Assembly (NCBI GenBank): GCA_964582295.1
Contig: CAZOQP010000001.1
Span: forward strand, 9,588 to 73,587
Source: an uncultured Candidatus Saccharibacteria bacterium
GTDB lineage: Bacteria > Patescibacteriota > Minisyncoccia > Phycocordibacterales > Zambryskibacteraceae
DNA length: 64,000 nt
Reading direction: 5' to 3'
A program made the translations under genes and the position numbers. Shown in pieces: positions 1 to 11,314 of this stretch. The notes beneath the pieces are model-generated. The model was not told where the DNA came from. It did no database searches and saw only the letters and a program-made list of their open reading frames with translations. Each line of letters starts with the position of its first letter. Within the stretch, counting starts at the first letter, position 1.

Positions 1-47
1 TCTACGGTCGCATTTTTTGTGCCACCACACTTTATCATGAGATGGCC

Positions 48-122
48 TGGTGCCGATGGGTGGAATCGAACCACCATTTTAGGCTTATGAGTCCCACGTT
101 CTAACCATTGAACTACACCGGC
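48..122 (-). tRNA. tRNA-Met (CAU), probably elongator
   Basis: Minus strand GCCGGTG...CATCGGC-A-CCA cloverleaf; anticodon loop CT-CAT-AA; T-loop TTCGATT; CCA encoded. Confidence 0.85.
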
Positions 123-208
123 AAATGTCCAGAGAGTATAACTTTTTAAGGGTGAAAAATAAAGGAAACTTGAAGAGGCCCTCTCATATTGATATAGTGT
201 GCCCCTAT

Positions 209-279
209 AGCGGGGTGGAGAAGTAGTATCTCGCAAGGCTCATAACCTTGAGGCCTAGGTGCAATTCCTAGCCCCGCAA
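209..279 (+). tRNA. initiator tRNA-fMet (CAU)
   Basis: A-GCGGGG...CCCCGC-A-A acceptor with a 1:72 mismatch; anticodon arm CAAGG-CTCATAA-CCTTG. Confidence 0.85.
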
Positions 280-290
280 CAAGATTAAGA

Positions 291-328
291 CACCACGAAC
301 CCGCCAAGCACTTGGCGGGTTCGTGGTG
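291..328. terminator. 18-bp-stem hairpin between tRNA-fMet and a convergent gene
   Basis: caccacgaacccgccaag-ca-cttggcgggttcgtggtg. Confidence 0.7.
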
Positions 329-333
329 ATGAA

Positions 334-1017
334 TTAAATAACTCCAAACTCTTTGAAAACAGATTCGTATAAAGAAACTATACGGCGCACTTCGTGCTGA
401 TTCAAATGCAGGGCACCTGTATCATGAGCTATGGCATTCCTCATTTTGTGTGCTTCCCAGGCAGCGTTCAAAGTATTGAAATCGGCTGGCTCCACGGCCT
501 TCAGCTTATCCCCCACTGATTGTCCGCGATAGCTCATGGCGGTAAGAAGTTCATCTAGCATTATGTCCGCCGTGATAATAGCTATCTTCCAGTCGTTCAT
601 TGTGGCTCCGCCCGCATGCTTCAGAACTTCCTCCCATTTGGTATTTTTAGCAGCAGGTGCCGAAGAGATAATGGCCGCGGGGCGGAAGACCGCATTCTGC
701 TCGCGATTGAGGACTGTTAATCGCTTCACCGTTGCATATATTCCGTATATGAAAATAATTGAAAATACGAACGCCAGAAGGCGGATAACCGGATATGCAT
801 TTTCACGGAACCATACAGAAAAGGTGCGAAGCGGAGAAAGATCTGCAAAAGAACTTGCCCCAAAGAAAATAGCTATCCTCCCCAAGAGAGCGGAAATCAC
901 AAAAAGAATAAATATCCAGACCAAAAGATCCGCTGTGAATTCCCCGAGGGTCGCGCCTCCGGTATCTTCTTTTTTAGCGTCTTTTTTCGGATCTTTTTTA
1001 TCCTTAGGATCTGCCAT
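334..1017 (-). CDS. hypothetical membrane protein
   Basis: Two hydrophobic segments, then a helical domain (DWKIAIITADIMLDELL...AWEAHKMRNAIAH); directly downstream of gatA. Confidence 0.75.
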   Translation of the reverse strand: MADPKDKKDPKKDAKKEDTGGATLGEFTADLLVWIFILFVISALLGRIAIFFGASSFADLSPLRTFSVWFRENAYPVIRLLAFVFSIIFIYGIYATVKRLTVLNREQNAVFRPAAIISSAPAAKNTKWEEVLKHAGGATMNDWKIAIITADIMLDELLTAMSYRGQSVGDKLKAVEPADFNTLNAAWEAHKMRNAIAHDTGALHLNQHEVRRIVSLYESVFKEFGVI

Positions 1018-1024
1018 ATATGTA

Positions 1025-2425
1025 TTATGCTTCGCCTGCGAAAATTTTTCCTACCGAAAAAAGTATATCTTCTCTGTAATTGTCCGCCATCAATTGGAAA
1101 CCTAGAGGCAGGGAAACACCATCGCGCTCAACCGTACCCGACGGAATGGAAATAGCCGGTATTCCTGAAATGTTCGCAGGCACCGTAAAAATATCAGCAA
1201 GATACATCTCCACGGGATTACCTGTTTTTTCTCCGAGCTTGAATGCAGGCCCCGGCGTAGTTGGAGTGGCGATAGTCGAAACTTCAGCGAAAGCATTCTT
1301 GAACTCTTCTTTGATGACTTTTTGGGCAGCGAGAGCGGAGCCGTAGTATTCATCATTGTAACCAGATGAAAGCACATAGGTGCCGAGCATTATGCGCCTC
1401 TTGGCCTCGGCACCAAAACCGGCTTTCCTTGTTTCCAAATATTCCTGAAGAACAGTCTCGGCAGGAACACTCAAGCCGAAACGCACTCCGTCGTAGCGAG
1501 CAAGATTTGAAGAAGCTTCAGCCGGCATGATGATGTAATACACAGCAAGGGAAAGCGCCATGTGAGGCATCTCAATTTCTTTTATTTCAAAACCATTATC
1601 CCGGAGCCGTGCAAGAGAGCTTTCAAAATTTGCTTTAACGTCTTCTTCAAGACCGTTAGTTATTCCTTTCGGCACTCCTATAACTTTTGCAAAATCTTTT
1701 TTCCCGTCCTCGGGATAAAAAGATGTTCCATCTTCCACATCGCCGCCTTTGATACACTCAAAAATAATTTCTGCATCCGTTACGCTATTCGTAAGAGGAC
1801 CTATCTGATCTAAAGAAGAACCGAGGGCGAGCAGGCCGTATCGCGAGACTGCGCCGTATGTGGGCTTCATTCCCACCACTCCGCAAAAAGCCGCCGGCTG
1901 ACGTATGGAACCACCTGTGTCCGATCCGAGCGCGGCAATAGCTTCCCCTGCCGCCACGGCCGCCGCCGAACCGCCAGATGAACCACCTGGAACACGGGAA
2001 ACATCCAAAGGATTTTTGGTCGGGCCGTAAGCTGAATTCTCTGTGGAACTTCCCATTGCAAATTCGTCCATATTAGTGCGACCGATGAACACTACTCCTT
2101 TCTCCTCAAGTTTCCGGATAGCTGTTGCTGTGTAAGGAGAAACATACCCTTCAAGTATTTTTGAGCCAGCGGTAACTTTTTTCCCAGAAATAGACATGTT
2201 GTCTTTCACTGCTATAGGAATGCCGCGCAAAATATTTTCAGGGAGAGAATCTGCCCGTTTTGCCTGAGCGATCACATCGTCAAATACTTCAAGATATGCA
2301 TGAACACTGTCATCTTTTTCTTTTATAACATCAAGGAATTTTTGGGAAAGCTCCGCGGAGGAAATTTCTTTTTCGCGGAGTGCCCGCGCGGCCTGGCTTA
2401 TGGTTAGATGCGGATTATCTTTCAT
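1025..2425 (-). CDS. gatA: Asp/Glu-tRNA amidotransferase subunit A
   Basis: Amidase signature GGSSGGSAAAV, GSDTGGSIRQPA, EASSNLARYDG. Confidence 0.97.
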   Translation of the reverse strand: MKDNPHLTISQAARALREKEISSAELSQKFLDVIKEKDDSVHAYLEVFDDVIAQAKRADSLPENILRGIPIAVKDNMSISGKKVTAGSKILEGYVSPYTATAIRKLEEKGVVFIGRTNMDEFAMGSSTENSAYGPTKNPLDVSRVPGGSSGGSAAAVAAGEAIAALGSDTGGSIRQPAAFCGVVGMKPTYGAVSRYGLLALGSSLDQIGPLTNSVTDAEIIFECIKGGDVEDGTSFYPEDGKKDFAKVIGVPKGITNGLEEDVKANFESSLARLRDNGFEIKEIEMPHMALSLAVYYIIMPAEASSNLARYDGVRFGLSVPAETVLQEYLETRKAGFGAEAKRRIMLGTYVLSSGYNDEYYGSALAAQKVIKEEFKNAFAEVSTIATPTTPGPAFKLGEKTGNPVEMYLADIFTVPANISGIPAISIPSGTVERDGVSLPLGFQLMADNYREDILFSVGKIFAGEA

Positions 2426-2429
2426 CTTT

Positions 2430-4789
<2,360 letters not shown>

Positions 4790-4805
4790 CTATGGAGAAC
4801 GTTTT

Positions 4806-5312
4806 CTAGTAGTCCGCCTGGACAGCCCTTTCCACTCGCCTTGGGTTATTTACGTCACATGAATTGTAGCCACGCGATTCTATGTGGGTTTCCAAAACAC
4901 CTCCATTATAAGTTTTTACCACTGTCACATCCGCACAATACGGCTCGGGCTTGAATAAAATCCTGAAAGTGGAAGTTTCATCTCCGCCGACCACCATATT
5001 TTCGTTCTCCGGATTATTTTCGTCGGCATTGCATGAAATAGTAGTGGCGGTGGTGGTGGAAAAAGCGCTTCCTCCGCCTGCGGCCTTAACGTCCCAGTAA
5101 AGAGCACACTCGGCCCCCGAGTCTGCCGCGAAGAAAGCCAAGTGCGAATCACGGTTAATGGACGCCAGCTTAACCTGCTTCAGGGTAACGTTCGCAATAG
5201 CTGAAGAAACCAGCAGAAGTGTCGTGGTTATGATTATAGCCACATACAAAGTTACCCCTCTCTCCTTGGAGTTTTGTTGCGGATTATTGGTTATTTGTTT
5301 GTTGTTTCTCAT
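4806..5312 (-). CDS. PilX-like minor pilin
   Basis: RG-VTLY hydrophobic N-terminus; AFFAADSGAECALYW motif. Confidence 0.8.
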   Translation of the reverse strand: MRNNKQITNNPQQNSKERGVTLYVAIIITTTLLLVSSAIANVTLKQVKLASINRDSHLAFFAADSGAECALYWDVKAAGGGSAFSTTTATTISCNADENNPENENMVVGGDETSTFRILFKPEPYCADVTVVKTYNGGVLETHIESRGYNSCDVNNPRRVERAVQADY

Positions 5313-5887
5313 CGTTGCCAGTTGAAAAGATTCTCATGAACCACGAATTGCCGAGTGTTAACGCCTTTTGTCCACGACACGATTACAGTGAGAGCCACTT
5401 CATCAGGTGAGATCTCCTTGAACAAAAGGGATCTCCTGAACTGGGTTGTGCTCCATCCGCTTGCAAGCCCGTAAGCTCCATAGGAAACCGACTGCTGGCT
5501 AGTGTCTTGCTTCAACATGGGGCAATCCACAGCGGCGGATCCACATGGGTCAATATTTTTGTTAGGAGAATCAATGGCGCAGTAATTGCCAAAGTAACAA
5601 TCGTCGCCCGGATCACCAGAAATACCTGTAAGCCAACCTGCCTCATTCAAACTATTTTCATCGCGAAGGTTCCTTATAAATTCAACTCCTTCCTGGGCCA
5701 GATAATAAGCAGTCACTTCATCGCGGGCGGAAATAGAAAGAGAGAGGCCGTTCTGGGCCACTGAAAAAGCGGCTGTCAGAGCAAGAATGAGAATAGAAAT
5801 GGCAACCAAGGTCTCCAGGATAGTAAAACCCTCGGTCGTAGACCTATGAGCGAGACCTTTCTGATTTTTTGTAAAAAATATTTTCAT
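5309..5887 (-). CDS. type IV prepilin-like protein (minor pilin)
   Basis: GFTILETLVAI prepilin motif; start reassigned to ATG 5887 (MKIFF), just after the upstream gene. Confidence 0.85.
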   Translation of the reverse strand: MKIFFTKNQKGLAHRSTTEGFTILETLVAISILILALTAAFSVAQNGLSLSISARDEVTAYYLAQEGVEFIRNLRDENSLNEAGWLTGISGDPGDDCYFGNYCAIDSPNKNIDPCGSAAVDCPMLKQDTSQQSVSYGAYGLASGWSTTQFRRSLLFKEISPDEVALTVIVSWTKGVNTRQFVVHENLFNWQR

Positions 5888-5888
5888 A

Positions 5889-6446
5889 TCATTCGGTATC
5901 AAGGACTCGCTGGGAAATACTTGTTTCCAGGATAAATGTTGATTGGGTAGTCGGTTTGGAGCCAGCATAACCGCGAAGGAGAATAATGACTTTCGGCTGA
6001 AGGAATTCATTTTCAAGCACCTGTCCGGCTCCTAAAACGAAGAACTTCAAATGTTCTATGGTGATATCAGGTGCGGTCACTCCCAAAAATGTTTCGCCTC
6101 CGTCTTCCGATTTTTTAAGCTGTGAATCTTCCACAGTGTAGGCGATCTGTATACCTTCCGCAGAAAGGAAAGAAATGAAATCGCTCCCAGAAGAGCAATT
6201 TTGCGGCTCTTCTATATCCCCATCCTCGCCGCAGTGATAATTTTCTCCGAAACGTATCTCGCGGGCCATCACTTCAACAGCAAAGTTCAAATTGGTGATG
6301 ATAGCTTTGAGAGATTGCGACTTTCGATTTGCGTCAAAAATACTTGCAATAGAGCCAAGGGCGACCGTTACCAGAACGGCAAATATTCCGACCGAGATAA
6401 GTATCTCAATAAGAGTAAACCCTTTTTTTGTTACCTGTTTGGTCAT
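5889..6446 (-). CDS. type IV prepilin-like protein (minor pilin)
   Basis: KKGFTLIEILI prepilin motif. Confidence 0.88.
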   Translation of the reverse strand: MTKQVTKKGFTLIEILISVGIFAVLVTVALGSIASIFDANRKSQSLKAIITNLNFAVEVMAREIRFGENYHCGEDGDIEEPQNCSSGSDFISFLSAEGIQIAYTVEDSQLKKSEDGGETFLGVTAPDITIEHLKFFVLGAGQVLENEFLQPKVIILLRGYAGSKPTTQSTFILETSISQRVLDTE

Positions 6447-7079
6447 TTAAATGAGTGAGATCTGTCCCGTAGTGTACACCCTGATCTCGCGTTTATTCCC
6501 CAATGGCGAAAGGAACTCAATAAGCACACCCTCCCGGTCAGAGATACCTATCGGCTGTCCGGCAGGATTAAAGAACTGGATACGTGCCGCTGGGTCAGGA
6601 CGGATGAATGAAATGTCCACTCGTCCCACGATCGGTGCACATTCTTGTGAACCGTTCGTTTTGAGCGCACATATTCGGCTTATGACAACACCCCTTGTGA
6701 GATTCACACGCATAATACATTCGGAGCTTCCGCCAACCACACATGTAGGGCCGCCGTCATACCAGCCATTCTGCGCTCCCCTGTCTGCAAAAGAAATGTA
6801 AAAAGTTTCATCACCAGTGGATACTCTGCTTACGCTGATACCGTAAGCGGCAGAGAATTCGCTTCCGGACGGTGAAAATTCCTTAACAGCCACTCCATAG
6901 ACCTGTGACTGGCGTATTTGAAGCTCAAGGTCTCCCGCATTGGTCGCAAGCGAAAACCTGTCTATGAAATCTCCCTGATTGAAAAGGATGACCGCAAATA
7001 TAATAGCAATGATAGCGATAGAGATCATCATCTCTATAAGACTAAAGCCGCGGCTAAGATTTATTTTTTTAAAAGCCAT
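6447..7079 (-). CDS. type IV prepilin-like protein (minor pilin)
   Basis: RGFSLIEMMI prepilin motif. Confidence 0.88.
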   Translation of the reverse strand: MAFKKINLSRGFSLIEMMISIAIIAIIFAVILFNQGDFIDRFSLATNAGDLELQIRQSQVYGVAVKEFSPSGSEFSAAYGISVSRVSTGDETFYISFADRGAQNGWYDGGPTCVVGGSSECIMRVNLTRGVVISRICALKTNGSQECAPIVGRVDISFIRPDPAARIQFFNPAGQPIGISDREGVLIEFLSPLGNKREIRVYTTGQISLI

Positions 7080-7902
7080 GTAAAGGAATGACAGCGCCGA
7101 GATACGCCAGGAACGAGCCCAAGAAAAGGAACGGACCGAAAGGAATTTCAGATCTCATTGTAAGGGGTTTTCCGTCTTTACTCAATGATCTTCCATAACG
7201 TCGCATTACAGAATCCGCAAAAGCGATGAGAAGGACCACCACCGCTCCTGTCCAGAAAGAAAGCGCCCATGCGGAAAATATTTTCCCAAGGCCTAGGAAA
7301 ATACCAAAAGCAAAAGCTATCTTTGCATCGCCCAAACCCATCCAGCGGCCGCGGGAAATAAGCCATAGCACAAAAAAGAATACTCCGAATATGAGTCCCC
7401 CCGAAAGATTGGAAATTATTCCTTTCCAGTCCCCCCACAAGAAAACTACGGATGAAAACGCTCCCAAGCCGGAGAGCCAATAAACCCAGGTATCCGGAAT
7501 TATAGTGTGACGCAGATCGTAAAGAACTATAGCCAGGGCGAGGGACCAGAAAAGAATGTGGATGCAAAATAAGATAAGAGGTAATAGGAAAGAGGAAATA
7601 GGTGGGATGATAAAGGAAAAATGTGCACCGATGAGAACGAACATTATACCTGTCGCTGTTTCAACAAGCGGATAAAAAAGAGGCAGAGAGGATTTGCACG
7701 TACGGCACCTTCCGCCGAGCGCCACATAAGATGCTATAGGGACGAGGTCCGTTCCCGCAAGCTTCACTCCGCAGGACGCACAGTGTGAACGCCCTCCCAA
7801 AGAGCGGCCGGTGCCGCGCCTCAACACGAAAACATTTAAGAAACTTCCGACTATACTGCCGAGAATGAAAAGAAAGACAAGTGCAAGAGGGGGCATATGC
7901 AT
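7069..7902 (-). CDS. pilD: prepilin peptidase
   Basis: GSFLNV, two CxxC pairs, YDLRH, MGLGDAK, IPFGPFL. Confidence 0.93.
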   Translation of the reverse strand: MHMPPLALVFLFILGSIVGSFLNVFVLRRGTGRSLGGRSHCASCGVKLAGTDLVPIASYVALGGRCRTCKSSLPLFYPLVETATGIMFVLIGAHFSFIIPPISSFLLPLILFCIHILFWSLALAIVLYDLRHTIIPDTWVYWLSGLGAFSSVVFLWGDWKGIISNLSGGLIFGVFFFVLWLISRGRWMGLGDAKIAFAFGIFLGLGKIFSAWALSFWTGAVVVLLIAFADSVMRRYGRSLSKDGKPLTMRSEIPFGPFLFLGSFLAYLGAVIPLHGF

Positions 7903-7912
7903 ATTCTAAACC

Positions 7913-7950
7913 AAACTAAATCACTTGGCTTGCGCCAAGTGATTTAGTTT
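7913..7950. terminator. hairpin downstream of the major pilin
   Basis: aaactaaatcacttggc-ttgc-gccaagtgatttagttt, 17-bp stem. Confidence 0.7.
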
Positions 7951-7978
7951 TCGAATAAACCCAAACAAGACGAGCTTA

Positions 7979-8449
7979 TTAGTTGTTGCAGTTAGTGGTC
8001 GCGGTCTGAAGGGCGTTCGTACGGCCAACAGAATTCCCGGTGGAATCTACGCACCAGTGGGTAAAGTTACCGTCAGACACTTTTAGAGGAACTGACACTG
8101 CCCATGCCGATCCGGATGAGTAACAACGGTTAGATGTTGAATCTCCTGCCGCTGTTTTTGCTGCGTTTATCATGCCGGAGATATTCGGGTCCTTAAAGAG
8201 GGTGCTGCTATCTGCGGGTGTCACAGAACACGCTGCCACGTTGAATGCCGCGCCGTAGCTGTTGTTTGAATCGTAGTAGAGTTCTGCCTGACCACGTACA
8301 TTCGCAAGGTTACCTTTAATGGCCGCGTTCGCACCCTTACCTCTGGCCGTATTCAAGCTTGCCAGAACGACAGAGGAAAGTACTCCTATAATCGCGATAA
8401 CAACTAGAAGTTCTATAAGGGTGAAGCCGCGGGCTTGATGTGCTTTCAT
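7979..8449 (-). CDS. major type IV pilin
   Basis: RGFTLIELLVVIAIIGVLSSVVLASL...WCVDSTG; own terminator; likely start ATG 8449. Confidence 0.88.
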   Translation of the reverse strand: MKAHQARGFTLIELLVVIAIIGVLSSVVLASLNTARGKGANAAIKGNLANVRGQAELYYDSNNSYGAAFNVAACSVTPADSSTLFKDPNISGMINAAKTAAGDSTSNRCYSSGSAWAVSVPLKVSDGNFTHWCVDSTGNSVGRTNALQTATTNCNN

Positions 8450-8547
8450 TTCTTCTTTCTTAATATTTATTTTATAAGCCTGCACTCCAGATTATACACC
8501 CATCCTGAAGCCAAAGGGTACCTTCTGTGGATTGCCTTAAAAAGGGC

Positions 8548-9759
8548 CTAAAATCCGGCCGAGGAGGCAATGTTGTATATAGGCAGAAGAACTGATGCCA
8601 GAAGAACGCCCACACCCAAGGCAAGCATGACTATCATGACCGGCTCTATGAGGGAAACCAGCACGTCAACGGCATTATTGACCTCTCGTTCATAGAATTT
8701 GGCCATAGTGCTTAAAATGCTCCCTAATTCTCCCGTTTCCTCTCCCACCTTTATCATCTGCACCAAAATACCCGGTATTTCCTGATAGCGGGCCAAGGAT
8801 TGCGAAAGGGGGCTTCCGCTTTTAACTTCCCCCGCCGCTGTTTTCAATATCTCTTTATACACAGCATTGTCCACCACCGAGCCCGTTATCTCTATAGCTT
8901 TGAGCATGGGGATGCCGGAAGCAACCATGGTGTGCATATTGTCCGCAATGACCGAAAGATAAAGCTTGCGATATAAATTTCCAAGATAAGGAAAAGATAT
9001 TTTGAAACGATCAAAAGCAACTTTGCCTTCCGCCGTTCGCACGAAACGTATAAGAAAGAAAGTGCCGACCACTGCAAGGGCTGCCAGGAATACTCCGTAA
9101 TTCAGGAAAAAGTCCGAGGTGGCAAAAACTATTTTTGTGTAAAAAGGCAGTTCCTGTCCGGAATCTTTTATGATGACAGCGATCTTCGGAATGATAAGAG
9201 TGAACATAAGCACCATTACGCCGATGAAAACCACCACCACGAAAGAAGGGTACACGAAAGCATTCCTGGCTTTAGACATCACCTCATACGTGCGGTCCAG
9301 ATGGTCGGCCAGATATTTGAATATTTCATCTAGCTTTCCGGTCTCTTCACCGGAGCGGACCATGTTCACGTAGAAATCCGAGAATATCTTGGGGTGTTTG
9401 GCGAGAGCTTTGGAGATGGATGTGCCGCCCTGAAGATCGTCCGCTATCTCAGCCAATGCTTCTTTAAGGGTCTGGTTCTCTGACTCCGCCGCCAAAAGTT
9501 TGAAAACCCTCAAAGCCGAGACTTGAGCTTCAAAGAGGGTCGCCAACTGGCGCGAAAGGATGACGACGTCGCGGTTCGTAACACGGTTCAAAAGACCCAT
9601 GAGAAATGCGAACTGTTTTTTTTCTTCAACAGGGGTGATACGCGAAACTGTAAGGCCGCGCTTATGAAGTGATGCGATAGCGACATCAAGAGAGACAGCG
9701 TCAATTGTCCCCTCTTCGCTTTTTCCCTCCGTTGAAAGTGTTTGGTATCGGTACAACAT
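8548..9759 (-). CDS. pilC: type IV pilus platform protein (T2SS F family)
   Basis: Two GspF repeats (SGEETGKL, VGEETGEL, LIEP). Confidence 0.93.
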   Translation of the reverse strand: MLYRYQTLSTEGKSEEGTIDAVSLDVAIASLHKRGLTVSRITPVEEKKQFAFLMGLLNRVTNRDVVILSRQLATLFEAQVSALRVFKLLAAESENQTLKEALAEIADDLQGGTSISKALAKHPKIFSDFYVNMVRSGEETGKLDEIFKYLADHLDRTYEVMSKARNAFVYPSFVVVVFIGVMVLMFTLIIPKIAVIIKDSGQELPFYTKIVFATSDFFLNYGVFLAALAVVGTFFLIRFVRTAEGKVAFDRFKISFPYLGNLYRKLYLSVIADNMHTMVASGIPMLKAIEITGSVVDNAVYKEILKTAAGEVKSGSPLSQSLARYQEIPGILVQMIKVGEETGELGSILSTMAKFYEREVNNAVDVLVSLIEPVMIVMLALGVGVLLASVLLPIYNIASSAGF

Positions 9760-9760
9760 G

Positions 9761-10831
9761 TTACATAAGTTTCTCTAGCGAGCGCGGATCAGTTGAGAAC
9801 AGGAACGCATTCTCTGCTGTTATCTCGCCCCGCCTCACAAGGTCGGCAAGAGAGCGGTTTATATCTATCATACCGAGCTCTGAAGATGTTTCTATTACAT
9901 TATCTATCTCGTGAGTGCGGTTGTCTCTTATAAGGTTTGAAACGGCGGAATTGTTGATAAGAAGCTCGTATGCCGGCACCAATCCTCCGGAAATGCGCGG
10001 CACAAGACGCTGGGAAAAAATGCCAACAAGGCTTCCCGCAAGCTGAACACGTATCTGGTTCTGCTGGGTTGCCGGAAATGAGTCAATGATACGCTCTATG
10101 GTCTGGGATGCGGTGTTAGTGTGAAGGGTCGCCATCACATAGTGCCCCGTCTCGGCAGCAGTCACGGCAGTTGAAATAGTCTCAACATCGCGCATTTCCC
10201 CCACCATAATAACGTCCGTGTCCTGTCTGAAAACACCGCGAAGCGCCGCGTGGAAGCTTGGAGTGTCTATCTTCACTTCGCGCTGGTCAATGAGAGCTTT
10301 GTCTTCCGTGAAAATATATTCAATAGGCCACTCAATGGTGGTGACGTGCTCCATGCGCTCGTGATTAATGATGTCAATGAGAGCGGCGAGGGTAGTTGTC
10401 TTGCCGTGGCCTGCAGGGCCCACCACAAGGAAAAACCCCTGCTGCTTGCGTGCGAATTGTTCCAGAATAGGCGGAAGATTAAGCTCCGCAATGGTTCGTA
10501 TTTTTTGCGGGATAAGGCGCAAGGCAATAGAAATTTTTCCAAGCTCAAAATATGCATTGCCTCTGAAGCGCGATTTTGAAACATGCGTATATCCGAAATC
10601 CACTTCTTTCTGGTCCTTGAATTCAGTGAGATCTTTTTCTGAAAGAAGAGAGGAAAGTATTCCTTCTATTCCCTCGCGGGTAAAGGGCTGTTTTTTCACA
10701 AGCGGTATTAAAAAGCCGTCCACGCGTATAAGGGGCACTCTTCCTTCGGACAAATGGAGGTCAGAGCCGTTCTCCTTCAGGCATACGTCCACCAGTTCAT
10801 CAAATATCTGTTTTTGTTCCGGAGTTATCAT
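9761..10831 (-). CDS. pilT: twitching/retraction ATPase
   Basis: SDLHL, Walker A GPAGHGKTT, VGEMRD, AAETGH, TLHT, NLIRD. Confidence 0.9.
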   Translation of the reverse strand: MITPEQKQIFDELVDVCLKENGSDLHLSEGRVPLIRVDGFLIPLVKKQPFTREGIEGILSSLLSEKDLTEFKDQKEVDFGYTHVSKSRFRGNAYFELGKISIALRLIPQKIRTIAELNLPPILEQFARKQQGFFLVVGPAGHGKTTTLAALIDIINHERMEHVTTIEWPIEYIFTEDKALIDQREVKIDTPSFHAALRGVFRQDTDVIMVGEMRDVETISTAVTAAETGHYVMATLHTNTASQTIERIIDSFPATQQNQIRVQLAGSLVGIFSQRLVPRISGGLVPAYELLINNSAVSNLIRDNRTHEIDNVIETSSELGMIDINRSLADLVRRGEITAENAFLFSTDPRSLEKLM

Positions 10832-11295
10832 TGTATTGGTTGTGAAATTGGAGCGGGTTCGCCAGCTGGCGGAGGTGTGGCAACTGGTGGAGGCGAGAGA
10901 GGCGCAGCTGGTGGGCTTATAAGAGTGTTAACTCTTTGCACCAAATTGGCAGGAATTGTTTCTGATTTCACCAAATAATCTTTTATCCCCGCCTCTCTCG
11001 CCCGCGCCATGGTTTCCTCTGTCGTGTCGTTGGTGAGTATGAGGATGGGCACACCGGGAAGAAGATTTTCTTTCCTCATCCTCTCCACCAGCTCCACCCC
11101 GTCAACGGCCGGCATGCGCGCGTCGGTTATCATGGCGTCGAAATGTTTCCCTGATTTTATTTTATGAAGAGCGTCGGCCGCCCCCACTCCCACTTCCACA
11201 TTGTACCCCGCTTCAGTGAAAGTTGTCTTGTAGATATCAAGAAGAAAACGGTCATCATCTACCAGAAGAACAGATTTTTTGTTTGTGTCATCCAT
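10828..11295 (-). CDS. single-domain response regulator with Pro-rich tail
   Basis: VLLVDDD, ITDARMP, ILTN and LVKS receiver residues. Confidence 0.85.
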   Translation of the reverse strand: MDDTNKKSVLLVDDDRFLLDIYKTTFTEAGYNVEVGVGAADALHKIKSGKHFDAMITDARMPAVDGVELVERMRKENLLPGVPILILTNDTTEETMARAREAGIKDYLVKSETIPANLVQRVNTLISPPAAPLSPPPVATPPPAGEPAPISQPIQ

Positions 11296-11314
11296 TGTGT
11301 TGGAGTAGCACCGC

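Noticed and set aside
48-122. tRNA-Ile2 (CAU, lysidine) assignment
   Set aside because: Cannot be excluded by eye, but a UAU Ile tRNA is present, so elongator Met is the simpler call
5888-6016. Long upstream ORF extensions in the track (also at 8485, 13500, 18265, 25754, 43930, 48214, 57831)
   Set aside because: They overlap neighbouring genes, tRNA or repeats; downstream ATGs match the family N-termini
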